From Podarcis tiliguerta (lineage: Eukaryota), in assembly GCA_965153285.1 (NCBI GenBank), contig OZ229116.1: a stretch of 64,000 bases of DNA, one strand, 5' to 3'. The notes under the pieces are model-generated. The model saw only the letters and a program-made list of their open reading frames with translations, was not told the origin of the DNA and did no database searches. Both the position numbers and the translations under genes were made by a program. Below are positions 51,602 to 64,000 of this stretch, in pieces. Within the stretch, counting starts at the first letter, position 1. Every line of letters begins with the position of its first letter.

Positions 51602-52474
51602 CTTCCTCTTTTGTATTCTACAAACCTGGGTGAATAACACTAAGAAAAGTCATCTGTTGCTGAAAAGGAAGGTCTACAGAAAGGAAAAGGGGGAAAACTT
51701 TCAATATTTAGGAAGAGAGTACTTGAAAAATGTTTAACAGAAAAATTAAATGGCTTTTACTTCACTCTTACTGTGACTTTAATAGCATTTGATGCCACCT
51801 TGCTGTGAGTCCTGGGTGACCTGCTCTCTGCCTTGCAGGCCTTTTCCACCTGGCCTGGGAGGACAGGGCCCTGACTGACTCCAGCTACAAAAAGCTGAGG
51901 TGGCTGAACAGATGCTTGGTATTGTTTATGGAGGTTCATTGGGGGTTTCTGTTGCTGTTTTTATTGCCCTAACTGTTCAATAATAACAATAAGTACAGTT
52001 CTGTTACTCTGCAGAAAGTTCAGGTACAACCTTTCCTTGCATATTTCAATTTCTCTCTGATCTGCAAGACCTGGAAAACTGATAATCATAAATTACAGTC
52101 TGATCAGCTAACCTGTGCAAGGCTTGACTGTACTAACTGGATCTCACAGATCTTATCTTGCCATAATAGTAGATAATAGTTACCATAAATACCAAAATAA
52201 TTTATAACGGCATCTGCAGCCAAGTCACCTGTCCACTTCTTAGCACTGGCAACCTGCCATCTTCAAATTGGCTACCTAAATGCTGATTTAAAGCAGATTC
52301 TACTCTAGAAGAATACTTAGAACAGCCAAGCGACTGGCACTGTGAACAAAGCTGTTAAGACAGCATCAGTTTTAAAGCAGTTCTGAAAAGACCTTGATTT
52401 TCAAATGTGTCACTTACATTTATCCTTTTTTAAAAAACTTAACTGGAGTACTTTTAACCTCAGCTTTTCAATTA

Positions 52475-52716
52475 CAGTGGTACCTCTGGTTACGAACAGA
52501 ATCCGTTCTGGAAGTCCATTCATAACCGGAAACCACTCGTAACATGAGGCGCACTTTCGCTAATGGCGTCTCCCGCTGCGTGCAGACCTCTGGTGCGCGA
52601 TTTCCGCTTGCATCCTGGGGCAAAGTTTGCAACCAGGAGCAGCTACTTCCGAGTTAGTGGAGCTCGTAACCTGGAGCGTGCACAACCAGGGGTGTTCGCA
52701 AACAGAGGTACCACTG
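52475..52716. mobile_element. Tigger/pogo-like MITE
   Basis: TIR CAGTGGTACCTCTG...CAGAGGTACCACTG with TA TSD. Confidence 0.9.
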
Positions 52717-53280
52717 TAATCCTGCAATGCAGGGAGAATACTGTTAAAATAGCATATTAATTATTAGATGCATTGTTTCCAATGCGTTGTGTGATTCAGA
52801 AACTCTCCATCACAGCCCCCGCATACTATCAGTTTTATTAAACCCACCAGCTGCCCAACTCAGAAAAGTCTATTTTCATTCTGTGGGTAACATGTATCCC
52901 AGTCCTTCCTGGAAACTCAGCTTAGTCACAGAGCAACATGGCAGATTGTTCATTAGCATTCCCATGTGTCCATAGCAGATACTGTAACACAGACAAGATC
53001 TGTGTGAAACAAAGAATCTAATACAACATCCCACTACTCGGTTAGCAGATAAATGCTTTTAAAATGCCTTTAAACCAAGATTGCCATCAAATTCTGCTCT
53101 AGCACATATCAGGGCTGTATTTAGAAGGTTTGTGTTGAATAGTGTGTGTGTGCTTTCAAGGGCACTCATCAGAATCTGCAATGAGCTCTAGAAAGTGCTG
53201 GTACAGTTTCCCAAAATTGTGAGATTCTACTTCCAACACTGGCACTGGAGAATGCCTAGAGGTTAAACAAATGGATGAAA

Positions 53281-53510
53281 GGAACCAGTGTAGGGTTGTA
53301 GTTAGAGTGCTGGACTAAGGCCTGGGAAACAAGGGTTCGAATCCTCATTCAGCCACCAAACTCAGTGAGTGACCTTGAGCCAGTCACAGTCTTTCAGCCT
53401 AGCCTACCTCACAGGGTTGTTGTGAGGATAAAAACAGGGAGAGGGAGAACTATATACACCATTTTGAGCTCTTTGGAGGAAAAGTGGGTTAGAAATGTAA
53501 AGAATAACTA
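53281..53510 (+). mobile_element. CORE-type tRNA SINE (Squam3/MIR-like)
   Basis: GTAGTTAGAGTGCTGGACT...GGGTTCGAATCC...GTGACCTTGAGCCAGTCAC...CCTACCTCACAGGGTTGTTGTGAGGATAAA. Confidence 0.85.
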
Positions 53511-55606
53511 AATCCTAGGCCACAATCAAATATGGCTAAAATAATAGGCTTAAGAATATACACATCTATACTGCATGCAAGTGTTGAATTTCTGTGGCTG
53601 TTATGGACAGCCATTTGTTCAGTGGTTGCTTATTGCAGTGTACCTTCACAGTAAACCAGTAGTCAGTACCATTCAGACACACCATTCAGAGGAACATTTC
53701 CACTCCATTAGGGTCCCTCCTGCCTATTGGAAACATAGAAGAGGCACCATCTTCTTTGGTTGATTGCGGGGGCCTGATGCGATATCCTGACACCGCAAGG
53801 AGCCAGGGTGCAAATCTGAACGCCCTCTAAACATTGAGGGGCCCCGGCCCCCTAAAATAAAACTTGGGGGGGGGGGACAACAAAACTGCCTTGGCCTCCA
53901 AGAGCCGCCACCTATGAAACATAGAGATGCAGGATTCTGGTAAAACTGTTACAAAGACATCGTCAGATGTAACAGACACCAAGTTAATCACGGGGTTACA
54001 TGGGCACAACAAGATAGTTATGTTTTAACTATCTCTGGCATACCTCTCAGTTTTGCACCCACTCATCTTGATCCCCTGTGGGGGAAAACCACCTACACCA
54101 CCCTAAATCTGGTGCTGGTGGTGATGTTCAAGGCTTTGGGTGGTATCCAACTAATGTGTCCCATCAGTGCAAGGATTTGTGCTTGTGCAACAATATGTTC
54201 TACAGGTTCTCCAATCACCCCAAGCAAATTTTGATTGGGCACATAATGGGAGAAGATGGGGGAAAGTTCCATTGTGCAACCATAAATCCTACTTTATTTC
54301 TGGTATACAGTGTAGAAAGTAATTTGTGACAAGCAAGGGAAGAGACCTTTGCAATTGTAGAAGATAACAGGAAATGGTCTATAAAACTATAAGTAATGAT
54401 TTTTTTAAAAAAAAAAAACCTCAGTTAAGAATTGGTATGATATGGGGGTGGGGGAGTCTGGGGTTAAACGTCCTTGCATTCAAATATTTATTTATTATTT
54501 ATTTATTTATTTATTTTTAAATATTAGGCATCTGGGACACACACTCACCTGGGAGTAAGCCCTATTGAACACAATAGGATTTACTTCTAAGTAAACATGC
54601 ATAGGACTGGGCAGTGAAACTCCAGATCTTTTCCTGCAGTATGAAATATACATAAGCTAGTGGTATCCTTCCTTATCCGTTGGTGTGATTTGATATTGGC
54701 AAACACTAACAATTTGTATCACAGGTTTCAGCATATGGTTGATTTTGAGCAAAAAATTATATGATGCGATTAAAAACCTGGAAAGTAAAGATAATATTTT
54801 TTTCCCCTAGTGATGAGCTCAGGAATGCACTTGCAAACAGATCATCACAGATCATTTTGATTCTTAAACTCCCCAAGTAGTATCAATTAATGTCACATAG
54901 GTGTCATTCTCTGCAGCTACCCACCAATTCCCATTTTCTTAAAGTGCAAAGCAGACGCTGACTCTTAATAATTTGTTGACTTTGCAAATCTGCGTAACCA
55001 TAGCCTACTAAGTCAGTCTGGTGGCATTTCTAATTCAAGTACCGTGGAGCAGAAAAGCAATTTGCTGTTATAGGACGTGGGTGGAAAAGCAAGGAAGCGT
55101 GTTGTCAGATAGAGCTGAGAAACATTTGTAAGTGAAGAGTTAAATGTCTACATTTACCATTGAATAAGTCTTTCTTTCCCCCCCTATGCACATCTCTTAA
55201 ATAGGACTCAGAATGGCACATTACAAATCTGTTACCTGTTTGGATCCCCAGGTAGCCAAGACTGCATTGTAATGCACTTCACGGGAGAAAATTACTGCAG
55301 TTTGCCAGTAGGGGAGACAAGGCTGTTTTTCTGTCCTGTTTTTCTGTATACCTTTTAGCTGGTTAGCTCTGAATAAGTGGGCAAAAGCTTTGGAGAAATG
55401 TGTCCAATATCCTGTGCTTTTGATTCTAGCCCATCCCGGCTGATAAATTCAATACACACATGGCTGAGGGGATAATAAATGTGTCCAAGAAGCAGTTATG
55501 CCTTTGACACTAAAAAGAGGCCATAATATGTGCTGTGGGCCTTTTCCATTTCAGTTCCTGCCCTATGAAATGCCTTGCCAAGCAAGACCCTTAATTATAC
55601 TTCAGA

Positions 55607-55728
55607 AGAGGGAGAACCTATGGCCCTGCACTACAAATTCCATCATCCCTTGCTTTGGCCATGCTGGCTAAGGCTGATGGAAGGTGGAGTCTTACAACAT
55701 CTGGAGAGTCATGGGTTCCCCATCCCTG
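55607..55728. mobile_element. Palindromic hAT-derived MITE
   Basis: GGGAGAACCTATGGCCCT...CCATCATCCC...GGCTGATGG...GGTTCCCCATCCCTG. Confidence 0.65.
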
Positions 55729-58242
55729 CTATTGTACAGCACAGAAGGGCACATGGTTGGTTGTAAACAGGTAGTTCCTCTTATGCTATGACTTTTTCCA
55801 CAGGAGGAATAAGGGAAGGAGCAGTATCACACCTGGGATTTCCAAAGCAATGCCTGTGTCTGCTGAGTGATTTAAAAGCATTTCTGGCATCTCTCACACC
55901 TGCCCTGGGAATTACTGTAGAGCCATCTAACTGGAAATGTTAGGCACAAATTTATTTCTGCCCCAGTGTTTCTTTTTCAAGCCAAATTCAACATAGTGGT
56001 GGGGTTTAGGTGATAGATATTGGCTCCAGGGGAGTGTTCAAGTCTCTTGAGGGATACTTTTGAGACCTGACAGCTTGAACTTCATGGTTTTCCTTGCTAA
56101 GTGAGCTGCAGTCTTCATGCTAATAGATTAAACTCTAGTACTTTTTTGTCAGGTGCTTGTTTTCACTGTAAAACCTCCTGTAAACTGGAGGGAATGAAAT
56201 TGCTAGCTGCTGCACACAGATGGACTAGGTCATCACCTATTGAATTTCTAGATCAGGTAGATAATTTTCTAATCCATAAATTAATTTATATACACATCCC
56301 TACATAAATCTAAGGAATAGCTGCCTAATAGTGTCATAAAGCCTATCTGTCGTACACAGAAACTTAAATGCTATTCAACATTTCAGTGACTGTGAGGATC
56401 CTGACAGCACATTGTTTCTTTCTAAAACTGTTTAATCCTGCTACATATCTTCTTAAGCCTTTGCAATATGGTGGGCTTTATGACTCAGTAAATATATACA
56501 TAAGCATGTCCAAAGCTATCACAGATATACAGCTAAAATGTGTGCGTGCGTGATTATTCATGCAAAGCAAGCCATAGAAACGTGTGCATGCATGATTCAG
56601 AGGCGAGGATTTCTTTCAATGGTTGTGATGTTCTTTACTGGGGTGTTAACATCTTTTGTGTAAATTAGCTTTGACATCTGAGACATCATGTCATGTTTCT
56701 TATCAGGGACACCGGATGTTTGTTGTTTTCCCTGAGATCACTTTTCTCTTCCCCTCTGCAGGAGCTCACTATATGATTGATGAGTTGGCAGGAATAATCA
56801 AATGGTGACATTTTTAAGCTCCACAAGAAAACAGTAATTCTTTCAAGTCACACTGCGCTGAAAAAACACTTTCTTAAAAACATTAATCTACTGCTTGCCT
56901 TTTGCTCCAAGAAAAGCAATTTGAATATTACTTGAACTGAACTACAACGGGATCTACAACAGAATCAAAACAAAGCCTTCTTATATCATATGGAAAGAGA
57001 GGTATTCTTACACAGAGTTATATTGAATACCCCTGACATCATGCATGCATGCTTGCTCTGCTACTTGTGATTGGAATCACAGAAATAGAAGACATTAAAT
57101 GACTGAACTATACATTTTACACATAAGTACCAAATCAACCCTAACCTTCTAGTCACCTTGAAGTAAGAATTAGTTTTAACCATTGACCTTTCTGGGATGC
57201 TTCAACAGGTATTGATATTTGCTTCATTGTATTTTTCAGAGTCAACAGCTGCCAGAAAGCCCTTTACCTTTTGAGGGGCGCGCACACACACAAAAAGGAA
57301 GGAGGAAGCAAAGTAAACTAATTCATTTGAAAGTTATTGTGGTTATTTTATTTCCATTACTGATATTTCCTTGGGAACTCACTCATGATTCTTCTTCCCA
57401 AGGCTGGGACAGAAACAGAGGATAACCTGGGTACCAAATCAATTTGTATCATTTAGGTTGCAGTCCTAGGCCCCATCTGCACTATCTGTTTAAAGCAGTA
57501 TCATACCACTTTAGAGAGTCGTGACTTTCCCCAAATAATTATGGGAAATGCAGGATTCCCCACAACAGTCCAAGGAACATAACCTGCAGCTTTCAGCTTT
57601 TTGTTCTAAATGTCCAGGTTGAGAACGAATTCACTGAACTAATATAATACGTATTTACATACACAAAATATTGCTGTTTATACCTATTGATGAAAGACAC
57701 TTTAATTACTTTTGAATGTATATAGTACTATTGAATTTTAATGTATTTTTTAAATAAAAAATACTCATATAGTTAAGGATTCTTTTTACATACCATGCCT
57801 AAAATTTAAAGTGATTTTTCAAAATGGTGCTCAGTATAATGACAGACCCTTTTCCAAACACTGCACAACCTCCCACTGCATAACAATGTTACTATGCCAC
57901 ATGTCGTTGTTAGCTGCTCGCTTCTATTTTGTCCCCACACTTCTCTTTTGTCACTTATGGAGCAATCCTATAACAAGATCTCCCAGGACGAGCAGGTTAG
58001 GATCCAGTGGTTCTCCAACTGGGCTATGCTGGGCTATGCTGGCATAACTCCCTCGTTCAGTCAAAGACACGGCAACATATTCCACACATCCCAGCTCAGT
58101 CAGGTCCCAGCTGCCTGAGCCAAGCCTAGCAGATCTGAAGCTGGTGTAAGCCATCAGAAATGGGTATTCTGGGGAGTGGATGGGACCAGAGACCAGGGGC
58201 TGAGGTTCGATTCTAAGTGCATTCAGCTCAATACCTGACAGT

Positions 58243-58420
58243 AAGAGCTGTTCAACACTGGAATGGACTACCTTGGAAGGTGGTGGAATCTCCTTCATTG
58301 AAGGTTTTTAAACAGAGAGACCTGTCAGGGAATCTTTAATTGTGATTCCTGCAGTGCAGAGGGTTCAACCAGATGACCCTTCGGGTCCCTTTTGACGCTA
58401 CAGTTCTATGATTGTATGAC
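58243..58420 (+). mobile_element. CR1 LINE 3' fragment
   Basis: RAVQHWNGLPWKVVESPSLKVFKQR (CR1 ORF2 end) followed by CR1 3'UTR and TTCTATGATT tail. Confidence 0.85.
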
Positions 58421-58945
58421 CTGGAAACCCAGCCTAAGTTAAATCAGAAAAAGGGTTGCGTAACTCAAACACTATTTTAAAGACTTGTTTTCCCTCTATG
58501 GTATATCTCTCTGTGGTAAAAGTGGAAAGGGGTAAATATCATAATGACGTACCTGATACAAAATATGAATTTGTCAAACTCGTAATGTTCTGATTTATGT
58601 CAGGTGCTTTGTAGATGCATGCCCAAAAGTTATTTATTCTATGATGAACAAAAAGCAAGTTATAAAAATGGAACCCAGTTTAATTACTCCAGGAAAAATG
58701 GCGCTCCAAAGTTAGTTAGTTATAGACTTTATTTGCATAGCCAACAGGCCATAGCATCAAGGACAAACACCAACAGGAATACATTACAAATATAGTTAAA
58801 AACTTGTGACCTATTAAAACCCTAGGTAAATTAATAATCTCAGTACTTAAAACTTGGCAAAAGTAATAAAATAATAATAATAAAACATAATGATAATAAT
58901 CATAAAAACCTAGGCGAGGAATCCGGGTAACCACACTGATATCAT

Positions 58946-61900
58946 TCAGATACTAGCTCTCAGTCTTATTGCTCTCTCGATAAATTTGGCAACCTTCTCT
59001 GTTGTCGAGCTGTTCTGGTCGGCTAGAAGTGAGAACAATTTGGCTTCGCAGGAGCGGCCGGGGATGGCAAATAGGAGCGGCGTAATGGTCTCGTCCCTGA
59101 GATCTTTATATAGGGAGCAAGACAAGAGAACGTGTGACACCGTCTCTACATAGCCAGCTCCACAGGGGCAGAGCCGGTTCTCTAATGGAATTTTTTGATA
59201 TCTACCTTCAAGAACAGCTGACGGTAACATATTTAGTCTGGCCAGTGTAAAGGCCCGCCTAAGTTTTGGAATGGTTAGGGTAGACAAATAAGGTGCCCGA
59301 AAATCAAAATGGGAGGGGGGCAGATAAGCGTACCAAGCACTAAATTTCTTAATATAGGCCAGATTATTCTGCTGCTCAATATCCTTCAGGCGCTGATCGA
59401 TAATGGTTTTTGCCTTGGGGAGACCCATTTTCAGGAGATGCTGTGCTTGTAGGCCACATGTAAGTAGTTTTTGATGCACTACTTTGGACCACCGACTTCT
59501 ATGAGCATCTCGTGCTACTAGAGGTAATAATCCGGATGGGTTTAAATTTAAACGAAGCCAATAGTTGAATGTTCTTATCCAGGTCCGGGTCTCGACGGAG
59601 AGGAGGCCGGTCTCCAGCCGTAGGGCCGCATTTGGTACGCATGATGGAACGGCTAGAATCTGTCTTAAGAATTTAGACTGGACCGTTTCAAGTGTGCGGC
59701 AATGATTTCCCGTCCAGATTTGGGCCCCGTAGAGTAGTTGTGCCAAGGGTTTTGCTTGAAAGACCTCCAAAGCTGCTGGAATATGTCTGCCCCCCTTCGT
59801 AAAGTAAAAGCGAGACAGTATTTTGACGCTTTGAGATGCTTTTTCCCTAGCATATTTATGGTGGGCCTCCCAGGCCCCTGTTGACTGGAAAACTACTCCG
59901 AGGTATTTGAAAATTTTGACCTGTTCTATTGGCTGATTGTCCATCTCCCATCTGTGATGTCTGTGTCTCCTAGCAAAGACCATGACTTTAGTTTTTTGGT
60001 GATTAACCACCAATTGATCTCTCCTGCAGTGAGCTGAGAATTCTCTTAGTAGCCTTTTGAGGCCTACTTTAGTTCGTGATAAGAGAACCGCGTCGTCCGC
60101 ATAGAGGAGCACTGAAATTGGTTTTCGGCCAGTTTGGGGGCATGAAACTCTGGGGATGATAGGTGTTTGACCATGTCATTGATAAATAAGTTAAATAAGG
60201 CTGGGGCTAGAATGCAACCCTGCTTGACTCCTTTGGTGGCTGGTACAGGGCCAATTAGTTGCCCATTTACTGAGGCTCTTACATATAACTTGGAGTGTTT
60301 ATATAGGCTTTTTATCAAGAATAGTAATCTTTTGTCAACGTTGGTAGCATTGAGTTTCGCCCAAAGTTTGACTCGTGAAATCGAGTCAAAGGCCGCCTTC
60401 AGGTCAATAAATGCTGCGTATAGAATCCCACGTGTTTTATTGACATATTTGTCAATGAGATGTGCTAATACGAAGCAATGGTCTATTGTTGTTCTGCCCT
60501 GTCTGAAGCCGGCTTGCTCCTCTGCCAGAACTGCCTCAGTTTCCATCCAGTCAATTAGTTTAATGTGGAGGTGTTTGGCGTACAATTTGCTGGGAATGGG
60601 GAGGAGGCTAATAGGTCTGTAGCTCGCTGGGTCTGTCATAGGACCCTTTTTATAGATTGGGATGATTACTGCCTCTGTCCAGCAACCAGGGATTATGCCT
60701 GTTGAATCGATGTATGTAAATATTGACGCCATTATAGGAGCCCACCAACTGGTATTGTTCTTCAGGAGCTCTGCTGGAATGTAGTCTATGCCCGGGGCTT
60801 TGTTGTTTTTCAGTTGGGCAATTAGTTTCCCCACCTCCTCTATGGAGACAGGAGGCCAGTATGGTAAATTCTCAGAGTAGGCACTTGGATCGTTGTGCTG
60901 AGCTTTGTCGTCATAGAAGAGGGTTTGAAAATATTTCATCCACTCCTGGGGTTCTACAGTGCATGTGGGACCAATCTGCTCTTGGCCCAGGAGCCCCCTA
61001 ATGGTACGCCAGAAGGAGGTTGAGTCTTTGTCATTTGAGGCCTTCACTAATCTACACCAGGCCAATCTCTCGGCTTTTTGTTTTTTTACCTTTAATAGCT
61101 GTTTGTAGTTTCGTCTTAAATAGATGTAGGCCATAAATAGCGAGGGTGCACCGGTGTTTCTGTAATTCCGATAGGTTGATCTCAGACGTTTCCTTGCTTG
61201 TCTACACTCCAAATCAAACCAACTCTCTTGATCCTTTGCCCGCTTTGTAACAGAGTTAAGTATCTCAGTTGTTAGGAAGGTCTTTAGTCTTGCTAATAAC
61301 TCGTTGAACGAGTCCATGGCCTTTTCCCCGGTATTAGCTAATACAATGGCTGAGTAGATGGTCTTCACGTCTTCCGAATGGAGGAGGTGAGTTAGCTCTG
61401 TGTTGAGCATGGGGGTCCATTTAATGCTTCTTGGGGCCAATGATCCCAGGTTGACAATGGGGGTGTAGTAAAGGTTAGCCGTGGGTTTGTTAAACAATGG
61501 GCCATTGAGCGCTAAAGTTAGTGGGAGGTGGTCGCTTTCGGTGTTGTGTCCCACTTGAAACGTCGACACAGAATTATAGGCAAATCTTGATATCAGAATA
61601 TAGTCTATCACACTTCCTCCCATCTTTGAAAAATGGGTATACTCCCCTGGGTGGTCCTCTTCCCTACTACCGTTTAGTATCATCATCTCCCTTCTTTTTG
61701 CGACCTGGGCTAGGCATAGCCCCGACTAATTACATTTATTATCTTTAGAAAGTCGTGAGACGCATTCTTCGGTTGGGCTTTCAGGGTCCTGAATCTGATT
61801 ATATTGGCTGTAAAGGTTGTTATCATCAGTTCCCATACGGGCGTTGAAATCCCCCCCGATTATGATCGGTGTAGAAGGGTAGGAAGATTCTATGGACTCT

Positions 61901-62349
61901 AAGAATGCCTCTAACTCTGCCCAGTTAGCTTCCACTATAGATTTTTTTTGGCAGGGGGGCAGATAGACATTGACCACTACCAGTGCATCTCTCTTGATTT
62001 TGAGTAGGACTGCCGTGGCTAGTGAATTGCAGTTTGGGAGGGCTTTTAAGGAATGTTCAAGCTCTGTGGAGATGAGACTAGCTAGACCTCCACTAGGCCT
62101 ACCTCCCCTCACAGATGGAGTAGCAAGTAGGGAGTGGCAAGAATACCCATTGAACAAAATGGGGTCGCTGCACCAGGTCTCCTGCAGGAGGATGATATCA
62201 AATCGCTTAAGGAACATCGCAAATTGTTGATTGTTTTTCTTAGCGCGCCATCCTGCAATGTTCCAGGACAGCAGCTTTAATTCTCTGTCCCTCCATGGTG
62301 TAGATTTGTTGGGTCCACAGAGTCCAGTGACCCCTTTGCATCTAAAAAA
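58946..62349 (-). pseudogene. ORF2 (AP endonuclease + reverse transcriptase + Zn finger) with one in-frame TAG (61726-61728) and one 1-bp deletion (~60122)
   Basis: Three ORF-track pieces join: LKLLSWNIAG/LQETW/VNVYLPP/GGDFNAR/SVIDY/SDHLPL (APE), KAPGID/YRPISLL/QAGFR/AAFIDLKAAFDS/GVKQGC/YADD/FKYLG (RT), CPC...H...C. Confidence 0.93.
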
Positions 62350-62824
62350 ACACTCTCATTAAGTTTATCAATAGGCATCTGCTGCATAAGGGGATGATTA
62401 TCCATAGCTCCCGGGGACTTAAGGGGGAGGTTTGGGCTTGGGGGAGTAGCTATTTCATTTGGGGAGAGTTTAAGATAGTTGAACCAGGTACTCGGAGATG
62501 TGACAGTCTGTTTTAGTTTTGCCTTACCATACACCAGCGGGGGCTGCGATTGGTCTTCCGAATCTACACATTTAAAGGCGCCTCCCACCGTCCTCTTGTC
62601 CACTAGGCACTTGGGGGATATAGGCCGTGTGTGTGAGCCTTCCGTAGTCTCAACATGGGCCACCTTTTTGGTCAGTCTGCTTCTCAGGGTGTCCAGTCTA
62701 GCCAAGATTTCCCTTTGGGCTGACGTCTGTAGTGACCAGAACTGATTTATTAAGGCATGTTCTTCTATGGAGAAAGAGTCCTCTCTGTCGTTCGAATGGA
62801 GTTGAGTCTCAATAGGAGCTTTGG
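62277..62824 (-). CDS. C-terminal part of ORF1 of the RTE-X-like LINE (start lost by 5' truncation)
   Basis: Frame open from the element edge to TAA at 62277-62279. Overlaps the ORF2 frame (-1) by about 70 nt. Confidence 0.7.
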
Positions 62825-63399
62825 TGGCGCTCCAAACATTACCTTGGTATTTAAGGGAGGGGATTATATAAAGTGAGAACTCTGTAACCATATGTTTGTC
62901 AGCTTGCAGGTGTGGAGGTTAAGTAACTTGTTCAAGGTCACCAAGGGAGCTTTAAATCATTTTGGCTGAGCCTAACTGAACATATTTAGGCCTTTCCCCT
63001 CATGTCTCAGAGATTAATCTTTGCTGCTTTTACAGAGCCCAAGGTCATTACAAAACATTTTCCGAGACTTATTTAATGAATTGCAAATTGGGGACATTGT
63101 TGTATGTTTGAGGTTGAAAGGATCCCTTGCTCATTCATACCTGAACAGCAGCAAGTAGGGACTGCGTGAGAAAGAAGGAATGAGAGCTATTTCAAGACAC
63201 TGTAATACAAGTTAATATGAGTAGGGAAATGTTGTTGCAGCAGGTTCAGAATTAGAAGTAATAAGAGCGTAAATGTGGTATTTGCTATAGTATGTGTAAT
63301 TAAACAATGGATAAAAGATTAGGAGGGAGGAATAGCAAATAGGAGCAGAAACACAGACATGAGGAAAGGATGAAGTAACAAAAAGCAAGAGGGGCAATA

Positions 63400-63544
63400 T
63401 TGGGTTGCCATATGTCCTCTTTTTCCAGGACACTTTCCTTTTTTATTGGGTATGTAAAATGAGAGTCATCATAGTGGTCCACAGTTAAAAGTAGAAGTTG
63501 GCAAATGTGTCCTCTTTTTTGCTCTTCAAAATATGGCAACGCTA
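63400..63544. mobile_element. hAT-Blackjack-like MITE
   Basis: TIR T(T)GGGTTGCCATAT...ATATGGCAACGCTA with TGTCCTCTTTTT subterminal repeats. Confidence 0.7.
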
Positions 63545-64000
63545 GACAATGAAGGACAACAAAAGTGGGTCCTGTAAGCCCCGGTTTCTGCAAAGAGACT
63601 TACATTTCAAGGTTGCAAGGATAAACACCCACCACCCATTACTCTATGGTCTGAAGAACTTACTGCCCTTTCTACACTGAATGTATAATTGTGAACCTTG
63701 TCTGGATATCTGCTTGGGCATAAAGAAAGACTGCTTATATTAATATATTTTATTACAGATCTGGGGTAACAGAGCTTTAAGGTTCCAGGACAGCCATAAC
63801 TGCTAGAGTTAGGGAATGTTAGAAGTTAATGAACATTAGAATTTAGATAACATCTAGGGTATTGAAGGGAAGATGCCAGACGTTTGATGTAAAATGCAGG
63901 ATAAACCAGGAAATCGCTTGCCTGGGGAGAAGGGCTATGAAGGTTTGATTACCAGGCAAAGGCCAGTCACTGACCCTCTGCCTGAGTAGCATTGGATACA

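Larger units (their letters stand above)
58711..62824 (-). mobile_element. RTE-X-like non-LTR retrotransposon, 5'-truncated within ORF1
   Basis: Perfect 12-bp TSD TGGCGCTCCAAA at 58699-58710 and 62825-62836. AATAAA and (TAAC)n tail. APE, RT and a C-terminal Cys/His finger. Clade assigned from motif style (LSWNIAG, GVKQGC, LLYADD, RLCPC...HVLLSC..Y..LR). Confidence 0.9.

Noticed and set aside
60167-60622. Plus-strand ORFs antisense to RT/APE (also 61521-61748, 61970-62230, 62479-62745)
   Set aside because: Shadow frames of the LINE coding strand.
62825-62891. ATG start of ORF 62277..62891 as the true LINE ORF1 start
   Set aside because: It lies outside the element; the 12-bp TSD at 62825-62836 marks the 5' truncation point.

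Overview
Eukaryotic, repeat-rich vertebrate DNA. Sauria SINEs and squamate-type L1, L2, CR1 and MITE families point to a lizard, probably a lacertid. No host protein-coding gene, rRNA, functional tRNA or CRISPR array could be recognised, so the window reads as intronic or intergenic DNA. Main contents: (1) a young, 5'-truncated, minus-strand RTE-X-like LINE (58711-62824, perfect 12-bp TSD) whose ORF2 has only one nonsense codon and one 1-bp deletion, and whose ORF1/ORF2 junction looks like a -1 ribosomal frameshift signal (U UUU UUA plus hairpin); (2) a complete 2.06-kb non-autonomous L1 derivative (3524-5580, 15-bp TSD) with an intact coiled-coil ORF; (3) three diverged copies of an LTR-like family (~13.9-14.75, 24.4-25.2, 36.4-37.1 kb) sharing a small antisense ORF with third-position-biased divergence; (4) a solo LTR with a reading frame open from its edge; (5) many SINEs, pogo/Tc2 and hAT MITEs, LINE 3' fragments, nested insertions and short tandem duplications. 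Family names come from recalled motifs, not database searches.
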